This document shows, piece by piece, positions 61,201-64,000 of a stretch of DNA of 64,000 bases (position 1 is its first letter; each line of letters starts with the position of its first letter). Below the pieces are notes generated by a model. That model was given only the letters and a program-made list of their open reading frames with translations. It ran no database searches and was not told where the DNA came from. The DNA is from Somniosus microcephalus. Its lineage: Eukaryota. A program made the translations under genes and the position numbers. The stretch lies in assembly GCA_052327205.1 (NCBI GenBank), contig CM126204.1, positions 38,316,001 to 38,380,000 on the forward strand, written 5' to 3'.

Positions 61201-64000
61201 GCAAACGACATTCTCTGTGACGGTGTTGCGCAATCCCTCCTTGCCTTCACTGCAGCCTTTGCACATGGTCAACCACACCATTCTCCTCCAATGCCCCTCT
61301 GTTCAGTGGGACTGCCTTTTCTTGGTTCCACTCTTACCTATTCAATCATAGCCAGGTCATCCCCAACAATAGCTTTTCTTCCTGCCCCCGCCCTATTACC
61401 TTCAGAGTACCCCAAGGATCTGTCCATAGCCCCCTTTCTCTTCCTCACTAGATGCTGACTCTTGGCAACATCATCCAGAGACAGAGGGTCAGTTTCAACG
61501 TGTACACTGACAGCACCCAGCTTTACTTCTCTACCATCCCTCTCAAACTCTCCACTTCTACTGCATTATAGGACTGCTCATCAGACATCCAGTCTTGGAT
61601 GAGCCGCAATTAAAACATTGCAAAGACTGAATGCCATCGCCTTCAGCCCACGCCACAAACTCTGTACCCTTGCTGACTCTCTGCCCCTTCCCGGCCACTG
61701 CGTCAGGCTGAGCAGACTGTTAGCAACCTCGGGGGTCCAACTCAATCCCATATCCTCTTCATCACTTTACCTATCTAAGACCACCTACCTCCACCCCTAC
61801 TTCAGCCCATCGCCCACAATCACCTCCTGGCTCAACTATTCCAATGTTCTCCTGGCCTGTCTCTCAGCCTCTTCCACCGCTTAACCAAAACTCTGCTGTC
61901 CATATTCTATTGCACATCAAATCCTGCTCATCCCATCATCCCTGTCCTTGCTGACCTACAATGGCCAACATTCACTCAGCATCCAAAATTCTCCTTCTAG
62001 TGTTTAAATCCCAGTCATGGCCTCACCCCCCCCGATCTCTACACTCCAAGCCCTACAACCACCCCTCCTCCTGAACTGTCCATTCCTCCGACTCTGGCTT
62101 CTTCTACATCCCCTATCCCGCCATTGGCTACAATCCCTTCAGCAGACTAGGACCCAGGTTCTGGAATGCCCTCCCTAAAACTCAAGCTCGCCACAACCCT
62201 CGCCTCCTTTAAGAACCTCCTTAAAATGCAGCTCTTAGACAAAGCTTTTGCTCACTCTGCCTAATATTGATTACACCTCCATGAACCACATTGGCACAAT
62301 TTTCTATGTTAAAAAGGTGCTATATAAATGCAAGTTGTTGCTGCAAAAAAACAATCTATTATTTCTTGTCCTGTGCTGGACCAATAGTACTGCAACCATG
62401 TTAAACACTTAAGCTATAGAACAGAACAGACGTCATACCTTTGACGTAGCTTGCTTTAGTTTTGCCTGTTCTACCAATAGTTTATATGAGGATCCTTTGC
62501 TGCTCTGGGTCTTCTCTTTCTCTATTTGCTCAACTAATGCCTTTTGTTTTGCTTTTAACAAATTGAGTTGCTGCAAAAAAGATTAAGTCAAAAGTCAGTT
62601 TGATATGTACACACGCCCCAAAACGCACACAAACTACAGACCAAGTCCTTAAACACCCTGATCATCTCTTTTTTTTTTAAATTAAGAAAAAGCTGACGTC
62701 TTCTCATCTTTCTCCCCTCCGAGGTTGCTCCTGCCATTTATTTTATCCCAGTGACACACACTAAAGCCCGGCTGAGAGTACTTGCAGGCAATCTGCTCAA
62801 AGATTTCTGCAAATGCATCCCTTGACGCAGCCATTAACATGCCTGGAATAACTACCCTTCTCGCTGTCCCTCCCTGTGAAGGAGTGTCTGATTACCAGTC
62901 CAGTGAAAATCAGGAACTCGCATGGGCAGTGACCGGTGGAAAACCATATCCCAACACTTGGCACAGCACACCAGAGGTACCCAACTGAAGTCAAGTCTGG
63001 ATTACACTGTATCTCACAGCCCAACTTGAGGCGCAAAACTCACTTAGATGAGCATCATCCTAAACCACACTAGCTGGCAGAAAAATATTCTTCTTTCTCC
63101 CAAACATAGCAATTGGAGAGTGGTCCCATATGTGCTATATACAGTACATGCTGCAATTATTGTCCAACCAATTTTAATTTTGAGATTAAAAAACTCATTA
63201 CCAAAGCATTGGATTACTGAGCAGAGCGCAAAATCTAAACAAAGTTCACACATATCGTCAACTGACGAAACAATACCTGTTTATGGTGTATGAGTTGCTT
63301 TCGAATTTTTCTCGAGTATAACCGGTCAAGACTGCTGCTGCCTTTGGCGGATCTGCCTGAACACTGTGACTGAAGATTGTTATTGATGAAGCTCCACTGG
63401 TTTCCTAGAGCAGAGAGCAAACTCCAGTCCTTTATTACACACTCAAGACAAGCAGTGTTTACCTCAGAATTCAAAACATTCAAGGTTGGGCCAAATATAT
63501 TTTTCAACATTACTCAACATGGTCTGTTGGCACAGTGCATTTGTACACTACTATTGCACTGCACCACAGAGGGGCACAATGTTCTATCATTAACTACTGC
63601 AAGCCTTTTATTGGCACTGTGCAGGGGCAAACCAATCTGTACCTTGTAATTAACTGGCTAAACACAACACTGGCAAATGTCTGCAAGCAGGTCATTTGCT
63701 ATCAATTCGACTGGTAGAGGAGAGTTTTGAAAGGTAGGAGAAATTTATAAATTGACTTTACAATGGTTTAAGTGCTATAGGTGCCAATCCATTTATAAAT
63801 AAGCAAATTAAATTGGAAATTAAACATACTGCAACTTTGTAATGAGGTATACCTGTCAGCATCCGTTCTCTGTCTTTACCATTTAATGGCTTTTTGGCTG
63901 CAGCCACTTCATCCTCAACACTTGCAACATAGTCCAGCAGCCGAGACACGAGCATTACAACCCAACTGACCATTGGGATGTCCAGTACACCTGGCGGGGG
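331..64000 (-). CDS. BIRC6: BIRC6/BRUCE/Apollon, partial multi-exon gene (33 exons, 2180 codons in window; continues beyond both window ends)
   Basis: Spliced translation follows the vertebrate BIRC6 sequence as I recall it, colinearly (e.g. HFKDLIRLRRTAEW, QATPPHRRARSAAWSYIF, LYDRKLPQGYRSIDLTVKLG, YWAKGTGFGTGSTASGWDVEQAL). All introns are GT-AG with matching phases. Confidence 0.97.
975..2735 (-). mobile_element. CR1-clade LINE, 5'-truncated and degenerate (RT domain to 3' tail), interrupted at 1400-1707
   Basis: ORF fragments LVRPQLEYCVQFWAP, RRLRGDLIEVFKI, NFFTQRVVKIWNALP; (ATTCTATG)-type tail at the low end; high-coordinate end approximate. Confidence 0.9.
1400..1707. mobile_element. Penelope-like terminal-repeat fragment inserted in the CR1
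   Basis: 11-bp direct repeat gtaactgaagt at 1389-1399 and 1708-1718; same family as 28124-28453 and 46275-46457. Confidence 0.75.
2855..3069 (+). mobile_element. Solo LTR (215 bp)
   Basis: TG...CA termini, perfect 5-bp TSD aaggc (2850-2854, 3070-3074), TATAAA 2931-2936, AATAAA 3008-3013. Confidence 0.85.
3367..3685. mobile_element. Tc1/mariner (Tigger/pogo-like) MITE
   Basis: TA on both flanks; 22-bp TIRs caggaaactttgtgatatccgg / ccggataaaccaaagttacctg (18/22 match). Confidence 0.75.
4299..4516 (-). CDS. BIRC6: BIRC6 exon AF, SHILQSPSAN...SVNQTE
   Basis: CAG acceptor, GAG|GTGAGC donor, 218 nt, phase 1-0. Confidence 0.95.
4893..5193 (-). CDS. BIRC6: BIRC6 exon AE, VSAPVVTSTS...TDDGEG
   Basis: TAG acceptor, GCA|GTAAGT donor, 301 nt, phase 0-1. 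Confidence 0.96.
8555..8751 (-). CDS. BIRC6: BIRC6 exon AD, ELGDGLASCP...PDVIQQ
   Basis: CAG acceptor, CAA|GTAAGT donor, 197 nt, phase 1-0. Confidence 0.94.
9385..9780 (-). mobile_element. Degenerate L2-clade LINE 3' fragment
   Basis: ttgcatttatacagcac tail (reverse of gtgctatataaatgcaa); resembles 33481-34500; boundaries approximate. Confidence 0.55.
10196..13410 (-). mobile_element. CR1 LINE, about 3.2 kb: end of ORF1 plus nearly complete, frameshifted ORF2 (APE endonuclease and RT)
   Basis: GITETWL, VYRPP, MGDFN (APE); NYRPVSLTS, LDIQKAFD, GVPRGSVLGP, RFADDTKL (RT); (TTCTATGT) tail. Confidence 0.96.
14131..14534 (+). mobile_element. CR1 3' fragment, same family as 10196-13410
   Basis: RGDLIETYKIL...NFFTQRVVNLWNSLP; tail ttctatgtttctatg. 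Confidence 0.92.
14900..15310 (-). mobile_element. Old degenerate CR1-like 3' fragment
   Basis: Diffuse similarity to the CR1 3' regions in this window; boundaries approximate. Confidence 0.45.
15905..16078 (-). CDS. BIRC6: BIRC6 exon AC, GQPLPAEVTL...RLRTDK
   Basis: TAG acceptor, AAG|GTACAT donor, 174 nt, phase 1-1. Confidence 0.95.
16280..16420 (-). mobile_element. Degenerate Deu-type SINE fragment
   Basis: Reverse complement resembles cttgagcacataatctaggctgac...gctgcactgt of 44186-44646. Confidence 0.5.
16448..17040 (+). mobile_element. tRNA-like head followed by a degenerate non-LTR endonuclease N-terminus
   Basis: ggtagtgtagtggttatgttactgg head; LVKQ/QPDIGIFAEAY-like reading after removal of a 76-bp insert. 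Confidence 0.5.
17086..17449 (+). mobile_element. CR1 3' fragment, nearly identical to 14180-14534
   Basis: GLDRLDAGRM...NFFTQRVVNLWNSLP plus 3' tail. Confidence 0.92.
17574..17741 (-). CDS. BIRC6: BIRC6 exon AB, GLKSQSKRAV...YHKLLP
   Basis: CAG acceptor, CAG|GTGAGT donor, 168 nt, phase 1-1. Confidence 0.95.
18610..21916 (+). mobile_element. CR1 LINE, about 3.3 kb: ORF1 SGNH-esterase-like remnant plus disrupted ORF2
   Basis: VVVHIGINDI and DSLHL in ORF1; GITETWL, NYRPVSLTS, LDFQKAFD, LVRPHLEYCVQFWSP in ORF2; tail ttctatgtttctatgt. Confidence 0.96.
22189..22220. repeat. Poly-T tract (about 32 nt)
   Basis: Homopolymer seen directly. Confidence 0.9.
22892..23023 (-). CDS. BIRC6: BIRC6 exon AA, DTPSITAKLI...SVVVAS
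   Basis: TAG acceptor, CTG|GTAATG donor, 132 nt, phase 1-1. Confidence 0.95.
24364..24493 (-). CDS. BIRC6: BIRC6 exon Z, LYKGRINATS...VLDRVS
   Basis: TAG acceptor, CAG|GTAGGT donor, 130 nt, phase 0-1. Confidence 0.95.
25463..25828. mobile_element. Tc1/mariner (Tigger/pogo-like) MITE, 366 bp
   Basis: Perfect 24-bp TIR caggtagactatcctttatccgaa (25463-25486, 25805-25828), TA on both flanks. Confidence 0.9.
27697..27840 (-). CDS. BIRC6: BIRC6 exon Y, VLCELFQSTP...LHSPCP
   Basis: CAG acceptor, CCT|GTAAGT donor, 144 nt, phase 0-0. Confidence 0.95.
28124..28453. mobile_element. Penelope-like element remnant with inverted terminal repeats
   Basis: Inverted arms about 28159-28253 and 28352-28449; flanking 13-bp direct repeat aaatgattaaagt / aaataattaaagt; hammerhead-like cores in both arms. 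Confidence 0.75.
28351..28387 (+). ncRNA. Minimal type I hammerhead ribozyme-like motif
   Basis: agtt-CTGATGA-a-atgtc-atc-gacct-GAAAC-GTT-aact; stem I agtt/aact, stem II with one mismatch. Confidence 0.6.
28500..28830 (+). mobile_element. Old SINE remnant (LF-SINE-like); a similar remnant lies near 31385-31760
   Basis: Recalled similarity only (gagctgatctcagttggg...aaaataagccagg); heavily diverged. Confidence 0.35.
29237..30029 (-). CDS. BIRC6: BIRC6 exon X, LLYNWSMSLP...NQKLMAQ
   Basis: TAG acceptor, CAG|GTAATG donor, 793 nt, phase 2-0. Confidence 0.96.
31022..31243 (-). CDS. BIRC6: BIRC6 exon W, RIQALLKWVY...NRELFE
   Basis: CAG acceptor, TGA|GTAAGT donor, 222 nt, phase 2-2. Confidence 0.95.
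32476..32584 (-). CDS. BIRC6: BIRC6 exon V, DLNSPLLFGR...DPGTKD
   Basis: TAG acceptor, CAG|GTAATG donor, 109 nt, phase 1-2. Confidence 0.95.
32624..32645. repeat. Poly-G tract (poly-C in the pre-mRNA, upstream of the exon V acceptor)
   Basis: Homopolymer seen directly. Confidence 0.9.
33066..33322 (-). CDS. BIRC6: BIRC6 exon U, SIGWMRLLHH...SGTDPT
   Basis: CAG acceptor, CAG|GTAAGA donor, 257 nt, phase 2-1. Confidence 0.96.
33481..34500 (-). mobile_element. L2-clade LINE 3' part
   Basis: CLSDIQHWMSRNFLQLNIGKTEAIVF, LHWLLVKQRLDFKILILVFKSLHGLAPPYL; tail ggcgctatataaatgtaagttgttg. Confidence 0.88.
35150..35620 (+). mobile_element. Degenerate L2-like endonuclease fragment
   Basis: DDHLDISALTETWL reading at about 35155-35197; pyrimidine-rich L2-like composition; boundaries approximate. 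Confidence 0.55.
35732..36011 (-). CDS. BIRC6: BIRC6 exon T, TCPSSVSVEI...DQVSKT
   Basis: CAG acceptor, CAG|GTAAGA donor, 280 nt, phase 1-2. Confidence 0.96.
36633..36833 (-). CDS. BIRC6: BIRC6 exon S, GTITSSSPTA...PHLASLA
   Basis: CAG acceptor, CTA|GTAAGT donor, 201 nt, phase 1-1. Confidence 0.96.
37081..37275 (-). CDS. BIRC6: BIRC6 exon R, GGVQLICNNM...HNFAPL
   Basis: CAG acceptor, TGG|GTATGT donor, 195 nt, phase 1-1. Confidence 0.95.
37562..38300 (-). mobile_element. CR1 LINE 3' part (second subfamily, TTCTTATG tail)
   Basis: VQQAIRKANGMLAFIARG; RRNFFTQRVVNLWNSLPQ. Confidence 0.9.
38305..38524 (+). mobile_element. CR1 3' fragment (third subfamily), back to back with the previous element
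   Basis: ggaaatctggaac...aatggcctactcctgttcctat; matches 51757-52156. Confidence 0.8.
38701..38797 (-). CDS. BIRC6: BIRC6 exon Q, GSLSTCQLSE...KAFHDM
   Basis: TAG acceptor, TGG|GTAGGT donor, 97 nt, phase 0-1. Confidence 0.95.
39444..39619 (-). CDS. BIRC6: BIRC6 exon P, GASGLHLTKH...GYMGRQ
   Basis: CAG acceptor, CAG|GTAATT donor, 176 nt, phase 1-0. Confidence 0.95.
39960..41740 (-). mobile_element. Old CR1 remnant hosting a younger nested CR1
   Basis: Degenerate CR1 sequence resumes on both sides of 40504-41342; outer boundaries approximate. Confidence 0.6.
40504..41342 (-). mobile_element. CR1 3' part (RT C-terminus), same family as 10196-13410
   Basis: 252-aa ORF 40575-41333; 7-bp direct repeat tcaacat at 40497-40503 and 41343-41349. 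Confidence 0.93.
41844..42406 (-). CDS. BIRC6: BIRC6 exon O, GPFQTGQGPL...AMAMII
   Basis: CAG acceptor, TAG|GTAGGT donor, 563 nt, phase 2-1. Confidence 0.96.
42733..43470 (+). mobile_element. Deu-type tRNA-derived SINE interrupted by an L2 3' fragment (about 42987-43310)
   Basis: SINE body breaks at ctggtc and resumes at attatc; the insert ends in ggcgctatataaatgcaagt. Confidence 0.75.
44186..44646 (+). mobile_element. Near full-length Deu-domain SINE (SacSINE1/AmnSINE1-like)
   Basis: Pol III A box TGGCTTAGTGG 44196-44206, B box GGTTCAAGTCC 44237-44247, recalled Deu core, L2-like tail ataaatgcaagt. Confidence 0.8.
44750..44877 (-). CDS. BIRC6: BIRC6 exon N, VGPTATQAMQ...HILSTER
   Basis: CAG acceptor, AAG|GTAACA donor, 128 nt, phase 0-2. 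Confidence 0.95.
45030..45330 (+). mobile_element. Degenerate non-LTR retrotransposon 3' fragment
   Basis: Recalled shark LINE end (ctgggtcaaaatcctgg...tctcagggcaactagggacgggc); family uncertain. Confidence 0.45.
46275..46457. mobile_element. Penelope-like terminal repeat in inverted (fold-back) arrangement
   Basis: Arms 46275-46327 and 46346-46399 are reverse complements, first 33 bp perfect. Confidence 0.8.
46311..46345 (-). ncRNA. Minimal type I hammerhead ribozyme-like motif, sense to BIRC6 pre-mRNA
   Basis: gtt-CTGATGA-a-gggtc-cca-gacct-GAAAC-GTT-aac; conserved core intact. Confidence 0.65.
47902..48035 (-). CDS. BIRC6: BIRC6 exon M, VAPSNSMVLQ...CQHSPQ
   Basis: CAG acceptor, CAG|GTACTT donor, 134 nt, phase 1-0. 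Confidence 0.93.
49836..49946 (-). CDS. BIRC6: BIRC6 exon L, ASISSLLTVL...TNMQLN
   Basis: CAG acceptor, ATG|GTAAGT donor, 111 nt, phase 1-1. Confidence 0.95.
50189..50315 (-). CDS. BIRC6: BIRC6 exon K, LESLLQLWLT...TIPLNQ
   Basis: CAG acceptor, AAG|GTGAGC donor, 127 nt, phase 0-1. Confidence 0.95.
50404..50549 (-). CDS. BIRC6: BIRC6 exon J, VSQPPPGTDD...LQVHHVQ
   Basis: CAG acceptor, CAG|GTATAG donor, 146 nt, phase 1-0. Confidence 0.93.
51757..52156 (+). mobile_element. CR1 3' fragment interrupted by a hAT-type MITE
   Basis: FFTQRVVEIWN reading and 3' tail; same subfamily as 38305-38524. Confidence 0.8.
51926..52068. mobile_element. hAT-type MITE (diverged)
   Basis: Starts ccatgttccctttaa, ends acagggatacat; 8-bp TSD ggatgagg / ggttgagg (7/8). 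Confidence 0.65.
52205..52321 (-). CDS. BIRC6: BIRC6 exon I, ALDARLEVGL...LTNTSPT
   Basis: CAG acceptor, CAG|GTAGAT donor, 117 nt, phase 1-1. Confidence 0.95.
52418..52571 (-). CDS. BIRC6: BIRC6 exon H, PISSTWYDYW...SVSVSQ
   Basis: AAG acceptor, AAG|GTTTGT donor, 154 nt, phase 0-1. Confidence 0.92.
52960..52998 (-). CDS. BIRC6: Candidate 39-nt alternative exon of BIRC6 (PLWRFMALGVLIL)
   Basis: cgag|CCACTC...ATCCTT|gtaagt; phase 0-0, no stop, between exons G and H. Confidence 0.5.
53205..53338 (-). CDS. BIRC6: BIRC6 exon G, GAPSASSLEK...PLAAKVFK
   Basis: AAG acceptor, AAG|GTATAG donor, 134 nt, phase 1-0. Confidence 0.92.
53414..53428 (-). CDS. BIRC6: Candidate 15-nt alternative microexon of BIRC6 (adds ALKLP)
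   Basis: cacag|CCTTAAAATTGCCTG|gtgagt; phase 1-1, frame-preserving between exons F and G. Confidence 0.55.
53539..53697 (-). CDS. BIRC6: BIRC6 exon F, GELLSPVAVE...EPLTPDIT
   Basis: CAG acceptor, CAG|GTAAGT donor, 159 nt, phase 1-1. Confidence 0.95.
54405..54505. mobile_element. Penelope-like terminal-repeat fragment (degenerate); an older copy lies near 53860-53990
   Basis: atgctgaaaacactcagcaggccaggcagcatctgtggagag shared with the other copies. Confidence 0.7.
54884..55067 (-). CDS. BIRC6: BIRC6 exon E, VLARIANATR...IQDILA
   Basis: CAG acceptor, CAG|GTAGGT donor, 184 nt, phase 0-1. Confidence 0.95.
56370..56670 (+). mobile_element. Old CR1 3' fragment
   Basis: ERRPPTDFRGIQD-like decayed RT end and acacatggaatgga; boundaries approximate. 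Confidence 0.5.
57174..57313. mobile_element. hAT-type MITE, 140 bp
   Basis: 15-bp TIR caatgttccccctaa / ttagagggaacattg (14/15) and perfect 8-bp TSD gtcacaag (57166-57173, 57314-57321). Confidence 0.92.
57379..57475 (-). mobile_element. Deu-type SINE 3' tail fragment
   Basis: Reverse complement of ctacattacaacagtgact...ctttgggac...gtgaaagg...aaatgcaag in 44186-44646. Confidence 0.75.
59850..60074 (+). mobile_element. Solo LTR (225 bp) nested in an old CR1 tail (about 59520-60100)
   Basis: TG...CA termini, perfect 5-bp TSD gtctc (59845-59849, 60075-60079), TATAAA 59929-59934, ATTAAA 60023-60028. Confidence 0.85.
60378..60593 (-). CDS. BIRC6: BIRC6 exon D, HFKDLIRLRR...LLLFVCK
   Basis: TAG acceptor, AAG|GTGAGT donor, 216 nt, phase 0-0. 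Confidence 0.95.
60833..62342 (+). mobile_element. L2-clade LINE, degenerate RT region to 3' tail
   Basis: SCTLDPIPTKLL, NYHPVSNIPFLSKI, VPQGSV; tail gtgctatataaatgcaagttgttg. Confidence 0.88.
62439..62570 (-). CDS. BIRC6: BIRC6 exon C, QLNLLKAKQK...KQATSK
   Basis: CAG acceptor, AAG|GTATGA donor, 132 nt, phase 0-0; not in ORF track. Confidence 0.95.
63277..63404 (-). CDS. BIRC6: BIRC6 exon B, GNQWSFINNN...QLIHHKQ
   Basis: TAG acceptor, CAG|GTATTG donor, 128 nt, phase 1-0. Confidence 0.95.
63853..64000 (-). CDS. BIRC6: BIRC6 exon A (5' end outside window), PPGVLDIPMVSWVV...RERMLT
   Basis: Donor ACAG|GTATAC; ends phase 1. Confidence 0.93.

Noticed and set aside
1-64000. CRISPR arrays, operons, prokaryotic defence systems, rRNA genes
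   Set aside because: The window is spliced vertebrate DNA with no repeat-spacer arrays or rRNA-like sequence.

Overview
Vertebrate genomic DNA, most likely a shark (cartilaginous fish); this is inferred from the repeat families, not proven. The whole window lies inside one minus-strand gene, BIRC6 (BRUCE/Apollon, giant IAP/E2-E3 ubiquitin enzyme). I traced 33 consecutive coding exons (the first cut by the window edge) with GT-AG boundaries and consistent phases, 6540 nt or 2180 codons. They run from PGVLDIPMVSWVV to EEEHVTCLLQ, the central-to-C-terminal part upstream of the UBC domain. The introns hold CR1 and L2 LINEs, Deu-type SINEs, two solo LTRs, Tc1/mariner and hAT MITEs and Penelope-like terminal repeats. 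Most other ORFs in the track are repeat-derived or antisense shadows. Main leads: (1) Penelope-type repeats carrying minimal hammerhead ribozyme cores, two of them folded back by their own inverted copy; (2) two ~3.2 kb inverted CR1 copies bracketing a 342-nt, phase-symmetric, stop-free exon pair (circRNA or exon-skipping candidate); (3) candidate extra exons, namely frame-preserving 15-nt and 39-nt exons and stop-containing 28-nt and 56-nt exons. All were found by eye; no alignment, folding or expression data were available.
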